Below, piece after piece: positions 8,387-17,173 of a stretch of 64,000 nt of DNA. Origin of the DNA: an uncultured Acidobacteriota bacterium (lineage in GTDB: Bacteria; Acidobacteriota; Vicinamibacteria; Fen-336); assembly GCA_963732935.1 (NCBI GenBank), contig CAVTBK010000002.1, forward strand, positions 611,650 to 675,649, written 5' to 3'. The notes below the pieces were generated by a model. The model worked only from the letters and a program-made list of their open reading frames with translations, had not been told where the DNA came from and made no database searches. Every line of letters starts with the position of its first letter. The stretch's first letter is position 1. The translations under genes and the position numbers were made by a program.

Positions 8387-11300
8387 GCCCCCGGTCTCGA
8401 GATCACGCTGCGGGCGAGGGCGGGCAGCAGGAAGAGCGTCGCCGCCGTCGAGAAGATCAGCCCACCGATGACAGCCACCGCGAGCGGTCGCTGCAGCTCG
8501 GAACCAGCTCCCAGGGAAAACGCCAGGGGCAGCAGGCCGAAGATGGTGCAGAGAGTCGTCATCACGATGGGCCGAAGGCGCCGCCGGCCGGCGCGAAGGA
8601 GCGCCAGGCGGAGCCCTTCGCCCGCCTCGATCCGGCCGAGGGCGTTCTCGACAAGGAGGATCCCGTTCTTCACCACGAGCCCGATCAGGAGCACGAGGCC
8701 CATCAGGGAGGACACATTGAGCGGCACTCCGGTCACTCCCAGGAACAGCACGCCGCCAGCCAGCGCCGAGGGCACTGTCAGCAGCACCAGGAGCGCGGCG
8801 CGCGCCGAGCGGAACTGGGCCACGAGCACAGCGAACACGACCAGCACACCGAGGCCCAGGATCAGCATCAGGTCACGGAAGGCCCGTGCCTGGCTCTCGG
8901 CGCGCCCGCCGATCTCGAGCCGGTAGCCTGCGGGCAGAGTGAGCCCGCGGAGCCGCGCCTCAACCGCCCGGGTCGCCGCGCCCAAGTCGCCCCCCTCGAC
9001 GTCCGAGGAGGCCATCGCCGCGGGCGACAGGTTCTCGCGATAGAGGGTGCTCGCCCCCCGCGCCAGGACGGGCCGCGCCAGGCGGGATATGGGCACGGCC
9101 GACGACCCGACAGCGATCGGGAGCGACCCCAAAGCCTGGGGGTCGAAGCGCACGTCGTCGGGGAAGCGGACCCGGACCGGCACCAGCCGGTCGAGCCTCG
9201 GGATGGAGCCGACGATCTCCCCGCGCAGGGCCGTCGCGAGATCGTCCGAGACCTCGGCCGGCGTGAGCCCCGCCCGCGCGGCAGTGTCGGGATCCACGTC
9301 GTAGCGCAGCACCGGTGCTTGATCCTCCACGCCACGGTAGTAGTCCACGAGATGGGGCGTGCCGTCCAGTCGCCGGCCGACCTCGTCGGCGAGGCGGGAC
9401 AGCACAGTCTGGTCCTCCCCCAGGATGCGGATCTCCAGCGGGCGCGGGTTCCCCGAGAGGTCGTTGAGCACGTCCTCCAGGATCTGCACGAACTCGATCC
9501 GCACGCCCGGCATCTGCGACTCGAGCCGCTCACGAATCCGCGACATCACCTCCTCGGCGCCGGGGCGCTGGCCGCGCGGCACCAGCCGGACGGCGATGTC
9601 GCCTCGGTTGAGCTGGGTCGCCGTGACCGGCCCCAGCTCGGCGCCGGTGCGGCGCGTCCAGGTGGCCACGGCGGCGTCGTGGCGCAGGACGTCCTCGATC
9701 CGCAGGGCGGCGGCGTCCGTGGCCTCGAGGGAAGCTCCGGCGGGCAGGAAGTAGTCGAGCACGAACGCACCCTCGTCCATCACCGGCAGGAAACCGGATG
9801 GGATGCGCCTCGCCACGACCCCTCCGGCGAGCACCGCCACCGCGAGCGCGCCCCACGCGAGGCCCGGCCGCCGCAGGAAGCCCCGCAAGGCCAGCCCATA
9901 GCGCTTCTCGAGTCCCGACACCGAGCGCGCCCGCTCCCCCCCGCGTCGGCGGAGGAAGCGGGCCGCGAGCAGAGGGAGGAGAAAGAGGGCGAAGAAGAGG
10001 GAGACGAGCACGGCGGACCCCAGTGTGATGGCCAGCGTCGCGAAGAACTTCCCGGCGAGCCCTGACAAGAAGCCGAGGGGCAGCAGGACCACGACCGTCG
10101 TCACGGTCGTGCCGATGACGGGTGCCATCATCTCGCGCAGGCCTTCGCCCACGGCGACATCGCGCTCGTGACCCTCCTCCAGGTGACGCATGATGGCCTC
10201 GACGACGACGATCGCGTCGTCGATGACGAGCCCGATCGCCACGGCCATGCCGCCCAGCGACATCAGGTTGAGCGTCTGGCCGGCGAGGTCCACGGCAAGG
10301 AAGGTGACGAGGAGCGTGAAGGGCACGGAGAGCGCCGCAACGAACCCGGCGCGGGCGTCGCGGAGGAAGAGGGCGAGAACGCCCACAGTCAGCAGGATCC
10401 CCAGCACGATGGCGTCGCGGATGCCCAGGATCGCTTCGTCGATCAGCAGGCCCTGGTTGTAGACCTCGACGAGCCGGATGTGCTCCGGCAGCGCGAGGCC
10501 GGCCCCGACCTCGCTGATGCCGCGAACGACGTCCGGCGCCGCGGCTCCCGGCATGCGTGACACGCTGACCTGCACCGCGTCGCCGTCGGGCCCGTGGACC
10601 GCCAGCGCGCGGTCGGGGGCCCCTTGGAACACCTGTGCCACGTCCTGGAGCGCCAGGGAGCCGTTGGAACCGGAGCCGAAGCCGGAGCGGCGGAGCTGCT
10701 CCTCGCCGGCGGACGCCGAGGCAGTGACGGTGATCGTCTGTCCTTCGTGGTCGAAACGGCCGACCGCGCTTCTCACCAGGTCGCCCGCGACGCGCTGGGC
10801 CGCCTGCGCCGGCCGGACGTGCTGCGCGGCCAGGCGAGCCGGGTCCAGGACGACCTCGATCTCGCGCGGGTCGCCGCCCACGACCTCGACGCGGCCCACG
10901 CCCGGCACGCGCGAGAACGCAGGGCGCACGATGAACTCCGCGGCCTCCCGTCGCGCGAGAGACGTCCCTCCGACGAGGTTGTACGAGAGGATGGGAAAGT
11001 CGGCCGGTGTGATCTTCTGGGTCTCGATCTCCGTGTCCGCCGGCAGCGCTCCGCGCGCCCGGCTCACGGCGGCGTCGGCGAGCTGCAGACCGCGCCACAT
11101 GTCGGAGCCCTCCGCGAACTGGAGGGCGATCTCGGCCGATCCCCGGATGATGCGCGTCCGGATGCGGCGCACGCCGAGCACGGTCGCAAGCTGCTCCTCG
11201 AGGGGACGCACGACGGCCGCTTGCATCTGCTCCGGCGGGAGGTCGCTCGATCGCGCCACCACGACGATCCGGGGGAACTCCACCTCGGGGTAGATCCCCG

Positions 11301-11415
11301 AGCCGAGCCGCCGGGCCGAGACGAAGCCCGCGAGCATCAGCACTGCGCTCAGCGTGAAGACGAGCGCGCGCTGGCGGACCAAGAGGCCGTAGAGGCCGCC
11401 ACGGTCCGTACTCAC
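8383..11415 (-). CDS. RND efflux transporter permease subunit
   Basis: 1010 aa with the AcrB/CzcA-like 12-TM layout and two large periplasmic loops. The GTG start overlaps the MFP stop. Confidence 0.9.
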   Translation of the reverse strand: MSTDRGGLYGLLVRQRALVFTLSAVLMLAGFVSARRLGSGIYPEVEFPRIVVVARSSDLPPEQMQAAVVRPLEEQLATVLGVRRIRTRIIRGSAEIALQFAEGSDMWRGLQLADAAVSRARGALPADTEIETQKITPADFPILSYNLVGGTSLARREAAEFIVRPAFSRVPGVGRVEVVGGDPREIEVVLDPARLAAQHVRPAQAAQRVAGDLVRSAVGRFDHEGQTITVTASASAGEEQLRRSGFGSGSNGSLALQDVAQVFQGAPDRALAVHGPDGDAVQVSVSRMPGAAAPDVVRGISEVGAGLALPEHIRLVEVYNQGLLIDEAILGIRDAIVLGILLTVGVLALFLRDARAGFVAALSVPFTLLVTFLAVDLAGQTLNLMSLGGMAVAIGLVIDDAIVVVEAIMRHLEEGHERDVAVGEGLREMMAPVIGTTVTTVVVLLPLGFLSGLAGKFFATLAITLGSAVLVSLFFALFLLPLLAARFLRRRGGERARSVSGLEKRYGLALRGFLRRPGLAWGALAVAVLAGGVVARRIPSGFLPVMDEGAFVLDYFLPAGASLEATDAAALRIEDVLRHDAAVATWTRRTGAELGPVTATQLNRGDIAVRLVPRGQRPGAEEVMSRIRERLESQMPGVRIEFVQILEDVLNDLSGNPRPLEIRILGEDQTVLSRLADEVGRRLDGTPHLVDYYRGVEDQAPVLRYDVDPDTAARAGLTPAEVSDDLATALRGEIVGSIPRLDRLVPVRVRFPDDVRFDPQALGSLPIAVGSSAVPISRLARPVLARGASTLYRENLSPAAMASSDVEGGDLGAATRAVEARLRGLTLPAGYRLEIGGRAESQARAFRDLMLILGLGVLVVFAVLVAQFRSARAALLVLLTVPSALAGGVLFLGVTGVPLNVSSLMGLVLLIGLVVKNGILLVENALGRIEAGEGLRLALLRAGRRRLRPIVMTTLCTIFGLLPLAFSLGAGSELQRPLAVAVIGGLIFSTAATLFLLPALARSVISRPGA

Positions 11416-12488
11416 CGCTTGGCGTCCACCGGCATGCCGTCGACGATCCCGACCACGTCCTCGACGACGACCTCGTCCCCCGCCCCGAGGCCGGAGGAGA
11501 TCTCGACGCGCCCGCCCTCGGTGATTCCCGTCGAGACGGTCCTCACCGAAGCCTTGCCGCCCGCCGCGACCACTACCTCGGCATGACCCTCAGGCCCGTG
11601 CCGCACGGCCGACTCCGGCACAGTGAGCGCGCCCTTTCTCTCCCTCACGACGATGCGCACGTCGACAGGCGTCCCCAGGACCAGCGCCGCTGCCGCGTCG
11701 CTCACGGCCAGGCGCACCTCGCCCGCTCCCGAAGCAGGGTCGACCGATCGGGCCACCCGTGTGACGCGTGCCGCGCGCGCGGCCGTCGTCGCGTCGCGCA
11801 CCGAGACCTCGGCGGGCGCGCCCGGACGGATCTCCTGCAGGCTCTCGGCGACGGCGTCCGCGGCGATCTCGACGGGCCACTGCGCGGCGAGCTCCACGAC
11901 ACCCGTGGCGGGCGAGCCGTCCACCGGCTCGCCCGCCCGACGCACGACCTTGACGACGACACCGTCGAAGGGGGCTCGAAGCTCGGCCCAGCCCCGGCGT
12001 CGCTGGGCCGTGGCGAGAGCCGCACGCGCCTCGGCCAGTCCGGACTCGGCAGCCGTCGCGGCGGCCTCGTCGGCCTCGGCCTCCTGACGCGAGGCCACGC
12101 CCTTGTCGAGCAGGTTGCGCGTGCGTACGGCGGCCTTGGCGCGGAACTCGGCTTCCGCCGCCGCCCGCTTCTCCGCCGCCTCGGCGGCCCGAAGCGCGTC
12201 ATCGAGCGGCGCGGGATCGACCCGCGCGACCACCTCCCCCTTGCGCACCACTTCGCCCTGGCGGACCGCGACGTCCAGGAGCACCCCCGCGACCTGCGGC
12301 GCCAGGGTCGCGTCGCGGTCCGGCGGAGGCACGACCCGGCCGAAAAGCCTCACCCACTCCCGCACCGTCTCCGTGCGGGCCGGAGCCACCCGCACCGGAA
12401 TCGGCGCGGATGTCGCCTCGCCCTTGGTTCCGGAGGCGCAGCCTGTGCCGGCAAGGAGGCCGGCGACGACGAGCATCCACTTGTCCAT
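11412..12488 (-). CDS. RND periplasmic adaptor (membrane fusion) lipoprotein
   Basis: 358 aa from MDKWMLVVAGLLAGTGCAS (lipobox), with HlyD-like coiled-coil and beta-barrel regions. The ORF track entry is N-terminally over-extended. Confidence 0.85.
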   Translation of the reverse strand: MDKWMLVVAGLLAGTGCASGTKGEATSAPIPVRVAPARTETVREWVRLFGRVVPPPDRDATLAPQVAGVLLDVAVRQGEVVRKGEVVARVDPAPLDDALRAAEAAEKRAAAEAEFRAKAAVRTRNLLDKGVASRQEAEADEAAATAAESGLAEARAALATAQRRRGWAELRAPFDGVVVKVVRRAGEPVDGSPATGVVELAAQWPVEIAADAVAESLQEIRPGAPAEVSVRDATTAARAARVTRVARSVDPASGAGEVRLAVSDAAAALVLGTPVDVRIVVRERKGALTVPESAVRHGPEGHAEVVVAAGGKASVRTVSTGITEGGRVEISSGLGAGDEVVVEDVVGIVDGMPVDAKR

Positions 12489-12490
12489 CT

Positions 12491-13693
12491 TCACGGAGCT
12501 TCCTCGCCTTCGATCTCGAGCAGGTCCGCGTAGGCCGCCCCCCACGCCTCGAGGGCATCGGCGCGCAGCAACGTCGCCTCGGCAAGGGCCCGCTCGGCGT
12601 CGAGCACGCGGAAGATGTCGACCCGACCCTCGCGGTACGCTAGGCTGGTCAGCTCCGCTGCTTCCCGCGCCGCAGGCAGCGCCTCGCCGTCGACGGCTTC
12701 GAACCGAAGCCGCGCCGCCCGCGCCGCGTGCCAGGCGGACTCGCCCGCCTCCATGGCGAGCCTGCGCTCGCGCTCCACGGCCGCCTCCTCTCCCTCCCGG
12801 TCCGCCCGTGCCACGGCCACGGCCGCACCTTTCCCGAAGGGCACGCTGACGTCGAGACCGACCCACTTGTCGGTGCCGGGCTGAGTGGGGTCGTTCCAGT
12901 TCGCACCTCCGGCCAGGGTGAGGTTCGGCCAGCGAAGGCGCCGCTCCAGCCCCAGCCGGGCCACGGCCTGATCCAGCCGCGCCTGCTCCACGCGGAGGGT
13001 AGGCGACGCTTGGGCGACCCGATCCAGGTAGCCATCCAATGCTGGCTCGGCGACCGGCCGCGCAGCGGGCCCGGCGGTCGAGACGGAGGCGCCCGGGCCG
13101 AGCCCCATCAGCAGGCCCAGGCGTGCCGCGGCTGCCGCGCTCTGCTCCTGCGCCGCTCCCGACTCCGAGCGGGCGAGTGCCGCGTCGGCGGAGGCGCGGA
13201 CGTGATCGAGTCTCGAGACCCGTCCCTCTTCGAGCATCGACTGGACCGCGCTCAGGTTCCGCGCCGCCCTCTCGCTGCGATCGGCGACGGCTCGGGCGCG
13301 TTCCTCGGCGCTCGCCAGGGCGAACCAGGCCGCGCGCAGCTCGCGCCGCGCCTGCAGAAGCGTCTCCGCCCGCGACAGCGCGGCCACGACCACCCCGGAC
13401 CGGGCGGCGCCCACGCGTGCGCCCCGCTCGAGCGGCAGCGGGAAAGCGCCCGACAGCGACGCGTGCGCCGACACTGAGTAGCTCGAGAAGGACACCGAGC
13501 CGTCCGCGAGCGCGCCCGCGACGCGAACGGCGGCATCGGCCGCGCGCTCTGCCGCGCGCGCCACGACCATCTCGGGCGCTCGCTCCGCCGCCGCCAGGGC
13601 CTGTTCGAGGCTGACGCGCACCTGCGCCGCGGGCACCGTTGCTTGTGCCGGGATCGCCGCAGGCAGAGCGCAGATCAGCAATGCGATCACCAT
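12491..13693 (-). CDS. TolC-family outer membrane efflux protein
   Basis: 400 aa with a signal peptide and two OEP-type repeats rich in coiled-coil Ala/Arg/Glu. First gene of the efflux operon. Confidence 0.8.
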   Translation of the reverse strand: MVIALLICALPAAIPAQATVPAAQVRVSLEQALAAAERAPEMVVARAAERAADAAVRVAGALADGSVSFSSYSVSAHASLSGAFPLPLERGARVGAARSGVVVAALSRAETLLQARRELRAAWFALASAEERARAVADRSERAARNLSAVQSMLEEGRVSRLDHVRASADAALARSESGAAQEQSAAAAARLGLLMGLGPGASVSTAGPAARPVAEPALDGYLDRVAQASPTLRVEQARLDQAVARLGLERRLRWPNLTLAGGANWNDPTQPGTDKWVGLDVSVPFGKGAAVAVARADREGEEAAVERERRLAMEAGESAWHAARAARLRFEAVDGEALPAAREAAELTSLAYREGRVDIFRVLDAERALAEATLLRADALEAWGAAYADLLEIEGEEAP

Positions 13694-13709
13694 CGCTCCT
13701 CCCTGCGTA

Positions 13710-13750
13710 ACCCTAGGGCATAGGCCTTAACGAAAGCTGAACGGCTGGCC
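13710..13750 (-). promoter_or_regulatory. putative response-regulator box plus -10 element upstream of the efflux operon
   Basis: Minus strand: GGCCAGCC GTTCAG CTTTC GTTAAG GCCTATGCCC TAGGGT, followed by TACGCAGGGAGGAGCG ATG (SD and start of the OMP gene). Confidence 0.5.
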
Positions 13751-13869
13751 TTGACGCACAGGATACGCGGCGAGCCTCGTGGGATCATGAACGACGCTCG
13801 TTGGCAGGCTGACGACGGCGCCGCGCGCGACCGTGGGGGGCGCCGGGGCTTGCCTCTTGGAGGTCGATC

Positions 13870-14931
13870 ATGCGTGCCCGAGACACAATGCTTGCCGCCT
13901 CTGTCGTGGTCCTCGTTCAACTAGGCCTTTCTTCCACCGGCGTCGCTCAGGACCAGCCCTCGAACGTCGTTCCCTCCAGCTCCGCCGTTGCGGCCATCCC
14001 GCTCCCGGGCGCGCCTCACGGGGGGCTCTTCCTCGATTACCTGGCCGTGGACCGAGCGCATCACCGGGTGTGGGTGCCCGCGGGTGCCACCGGAAGGGTC
14101 GACGTGATCGACACCGAGACCGGGCGGCTGCAGCCGATCGAGAAGTTCCCGACATCGGAGATCGAGCGTCGGGGCCGGAAGATGTCGATCGGCCCGAGCT
14201 CCGCGACGGTCGGCGATGGCTACGTCTACGTTGGCAACCGCGCCGACTCGACCGTATGCGCCGTGAATGCGGTGAGCCTCGCCCGGGAAGGCTGCGTCAC
14301 CATTCCGTCGAGCCCGGACGGACTCGCCTATGTCGCGAGCGCACACGAGGTGTGGGTCACGACCCCGCGAACCAAGTCGCTCTATGTGCTCGACGTCTCG
14401 AAGCCCTCGGCGCCGCGCGTAGCCGGCAGTCTCGTTCTCGAAGGGGAGCCCGAAGGCTACGCCGTCGACGACGCCCACGGCGTCTTCTACACGAACCTCG
14501 AGGACAAGGACCGCACGCTGCGGATCGACGTGAAGACGCGGAAAGTCTCGTCGACGTGGCTGCCGGCTTGTGGCGAGGGCGGGCCAAGGGGGCTGGCGGT
14601 GGAGCCGGCCGACCAGATTCTCGTCGTCGCCTGCCCGGACCACGTCGAGACCATGGACGTGCGCCACGACGGCAAGATCCTCTCGAAGCTCGACACGGGC
14701 GAGGGCGTCGACAACATCGACTACCTGCCCGCGTCGCGGTCGCTCTATGTCGCCGCGGGCAGGGCGGGGACGCTGACCGTCGCTCACCTGGACGACAAGG
14801 GCGCCCTCTCCAAGACTGCCTCGAGCCCCACGTCGCGGGGCGCCCGGAACGCGGTGGCCGACGACAAGGGCGTCGCCTACGTCGCCGACGGGCCGGAGGG
14901 GAGGATTCTCGTGATTGCACCCGCGCACTGA
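13870..14931 (+). CDS. secreted beta-propeller protein (YncE/YVTN-like repeats)
   Basis: 353 aa with a signal peptide. Repeated ..VWV../..YV.. blade-like segments (GRVDVIDTETG, GYVYVGN, EVWVTTP, LYVLDV, VFYTNL, LYVAAG, VAYVADG). Confidence 0.65.
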   Translation: MRARDTMLAASVVVLVQLGLSSTGVAQDQPSNVVPSSSAVAAIPLPGAPHGGLFLDYLAVDRAHHRVWVPAGATGRVDVIDTETGRLQPIEKFPTSEIERRGRKMSIGPSSATVGDGYVYVGNRADSTVCAVNAVSLAREGCVTIPSSPDGLAYVASAHEVWVTTPRTKSLYVLDVSKPSAPRVAGSLVLEGEPEGYAVDDAHGVFYTNLEDKDRTLRIDVKTRKVSSTWLPACGEGGPRGLAVEPADQILVVACPDHVETMDVRHDGKILSKLDTGEGVDNIDYLPASRSLYVAAGRAGTLTVAHLDDKGALSKTASSPTSRGARNAVADDKGVAYVADGPEGRILVIAPAH

Positions 14932-15006
14932 CCGAGCCGTACCGGTCACCGTGAGCCTGCCGCCAGGGCTCCGCACCGCAATAGCTCACCGCCACAGATC
15001 TCGGCA

Positions 15007-15034
15007 CGCGACTGCTCCCTCGGCGGCAGTCGCG
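15007..15034 (+). terminator. GC-rich hairpin downstream of the propeller gene
   Basis: Perfect 9-bp stem CGCGACTGC / GCAGTCGCG with a 10-nt loop. No U-tract follows, so terminator function is uncertain. Confidence 0.3.
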
Positions 15035-15259
15035 CGCTGCCTCGCCCTCACTCCGACGACCGACTGTCCTCGACACGAAGCAAACAACGGTGGCCTCCCC
15101 TTGAGTGGCTTCCGTGCGTTTCCAGCCGGTCGGCCGCCTTCAGACGATCAAAGCGCAGCTCACGACCGCAGGACGACGTCAGCACAGCCAGGCTCAGCGC
15201 TGCGACGTGTGCGTGTCCATCCCCGTTCACCGGCCGGCCAACGCGACGCCCTGCCTCAG

Positions 15260-15338
15260 GTCCGCCCAACACCGGGGATAAGCTGCGAAGCTCCGAAGTT
15301 CACCAGGCTTCGTCAGCTTCATCCCCTTGTTCGGCGGC
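15260..15338 (-). repeat. integron attC site (79 bp)
   Basis: GTCCGCCCAACACCGGGGATAAGCTGCGAAGC TCCGAAGTTCACCAG GCTTCGTCAGCTTCATCCCCTTGTTCGGCGGCC. The full structure folds as R-box, spacer, L-box with unpaired C and T in the right arm. Confidence 0.85.
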
Positions 15339-15376
15339 CTCGCAGTCCGGCCGTGACCTTCCTTTAGGGCCATCGT

Positions 15377-16258
15377 CTATTTCTTGCTCACGACCTCTGC
15401 AATGCACATGTACTCCAGCCCGTGTGTGTCGGACAGAACTCTCAATCCCTCTTGGCGCACATACTCACGGGCGCTGTTGTTGGGGAAGCCAAAGACCACA
15501 GGCTCACCCCATCGCGCATACACGTGATGTGGATTGTTTACAGCAGGATTATCCGCGCCAAAGTAGTCGAAGGCGATTCGGCTACCCGACGCGGAATGGT
15601 CCCGCACGAAGTGCAGTGTGTCCTTCACCGCCGAGTCGGGCAGATAGTAGGTGACACCTTCCCACAGAAAGAAGGTCTTCTGTTGTTCAGAGTAACCTGC
15701 GTTGCGGAGTTGTTCTAGGAGATTGTCCTTCGTGAAGTCCATCGCTACAAATGACACGTTCGATGGTATCGCTTCCGAAATTTCGCCCAACCTGCGTTTC
15801 TTGTATGCCTGCGTTGGACCATAGTCCACTTCCATGACGCGGACATCGCCAAGCTGAGCGTGAAAGCGATATGCGCGGCTATCGAAACCAGCTCCGAGCA
15901 CGACTACTTGTGTAGCGCCGTTCTGAAGGGCATCCAGCAATGCCGCATCAAACCGTTTCGTCCGGTAAGTCATCACCGCGACAGGAAGGTGTGGACCGAG
16001 TTGCTTCATGGCGCTGTCGAAATCAAGGTCTAACGCATCCATCGGAAGGTCGCGGAGCACAGCGCGTTCACGTGGCCCGAGAAGCCTGATGGCGAGATAG
16101 TCGGGATTGCGCCGCTGAGGATCAGGGTCTTTGGAGCCGATAGCTCGCGCGGCGGTTACGTAGATCGCTGTCTTAGAGGGAAGCCCGGTCTCTACCGCCC
16201 TCAATGTCCCCGCCAAGCACAGGGTGATGGTTGCGCACGCAGCGCTTTTCTTTGGCAT
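15377..16258 (-). CDS. cassette-encoded class I SAM-dependent O-methyltransferase (leucine carboxyl methyltransferase / TIGR00027-like), secreted
   Basis: 293 aa from MPKKSAACATITLCLAG (signal). AARAIGSKDPDPQRRNPDYLAIRLLGP.. and VVVLGAGFDSRAYR are typical of the family. Flanked by attC sites. Confidence 0.75.
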   Translation of the reverse strand: MPKKSAACATITLCLAGTLRAVETGLPSKTAIYVTAARAIGSKDPDPQRRNPDYLAIRLLGPRERAVLRDLPMDALDLDFDSAMKQLGPHLPVAVMTYRTKRFDAALLDALQNGATQVVVLGAGFDSRAYRFHAQLGDVRVMEVDYGPTQAYKKRRLGEISEAIPSNVSFVAMDFTKDNLLEQLRNAGYSEQQKTFFLWEGVTYYLPDSAVKDTLHFVRDHSASGSRIAFDYFGADNPAVNNPHHVYARWGEPVVFGFPNNSAREYVRQEGLRVLSDTHGLEYMCIAEVVSKK

Positions 16259-16276
16259 CGGTCCTAAGCCCTCAAG

Positions 16277-16425
16277 GTCCGCAGAACACTGGCGATAAGC
16301 TGCGAGCCGGTACCCGCGGTTTCGAACCTTCGCGGGTACGAGGCGGCGCCTCCGCCCACGCCACTTGTGCAATCCAGGCCGGGTGCCGCCGAGAGGCTCG
16401 TCAGCTTCATCGCGTTGTTCGGTGG
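16277..16425 (-). repeat. integron attC site (149 bp)
   Basis: GTCCGCAGAACACTGGCGATAAGCTGCGAGCC...GGCTCGTCAGCTTCATCGCGTTGTTCGGTGG. Lies directly after the doc stop (16438). Confidence 0.8.
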
Positions 16426-16437
16426 CCGGGCACGATC

Positions 16438-16745
16438 ACTTGCTCAGTGGCCGAACGTGCCCAGAGAGCCAGGCGACGAGCTCCGCCCGCGACTGCTTGC
16501 CTGCCGCCAAGCGGAGCCACCCGCTTGTTCCCGTCCACGAACGGGTGATTGCTGACCAGCGAGTAGGCCAGTGCGGCAGCCTTCTCGACCAGCGACGGGT
16601 ACAGGTCCTGAGCGCCGAACGCGCCGAGAGGCTGCGCGACAGCAGACTCCAGAAGCCCCAGATCGCGAAGACCCCACGGTCCGCCCGACTCTTGCATCAG
16701 CCGGTGATGAAGAGCCAGGACCTCAGCCAGGGTCAGATAGCGCAT
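16438..16745 (-). pseudogene. doc: Doc (Fic-fold) toxin with internal deletion and frameshift
   Basis: [48 protein letters not shown] is Doc-like. Right after GNKR the frame is lost. The Doc-like C-terminus [18 protein letters not shown] is in the +1 frame, and about 35 aa that normally lie between are missing. Confidence 0.7.
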
Positions 16746-16940
16746 CTACGCCAAGCGCCGGTACAGCTCCGCGTTCTTGACGAGCACCCGCGCCGTAGCT
16801 GCTTCGAAGTCCGCCGCCTGCTTGCCGGCCAGGTCCGCCAAGGCCGCCCGAGCGAGTTGCTCAAGGCCAATGCCCAGTCGATCGGCGACCTTCCGAAGCT
16901 CGCTGGCTTCCTCGTCAGGCAGTTCGACGAGAAGGTTCAT
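16746..16940 (-). CDS. Phd/RHH-type antitoxin of the doc cassette
   Basis: 64 aa. Its stop abuts the doc start (TAGATG). Its size and position match the antitoxin of Doc modules. Confidence 0.6.
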   Translation of the reverse strand: MNLLVELPDEEASELRKVADRLGIGLEQLARAALADLAGKQAADFEAATARVLVKNAELYRRLA

Positions 16941-16987
16941 GCAGCGATTCTCGCTCTGCCCGTGGCGCTCCGCAACACCTCACCAGG

Positions 16988-17173
16988 TCCACCGAACACG
17001 CGATTGAACGGGTCCGCTCAAGTCGGTTATCCGACGATATGCCGACCCGCTCAACATGACCTCCGGTGAGAGTCTAGCCGAACGGAAGACGAATCCGAGG
17101 AGGAAGTTGCTGAGAAGGCGGAGCGGGTGCTGGCCCAGATTGAACAGGTCTGTTCATCGTGGCGACCGCGCGG
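16988..17173 (-). other. attI-like recombination region of integron B
   Basis: The junction GTCCACCGAAC is followed by TTGAACGG-GT-CCGCTCAA, TCGGTTATCCGACGATATG, CCGACCCGCTCAAC, AGAGTCTAGC and TTGAACAGGTCTGTTCA just before the intI stop. Order and spacing match 1896-2093. Confidence 0.65.

Noticed and set aside
16965-16987. A second R-box-like motif (GCTCCGCAACACC) just inside the first cassette of array B, considered as a fossil cassette boundary
   Set aside because: It is only a 12-nt resemblance with no partner arm, and could be chance or part of the cassette promoter.
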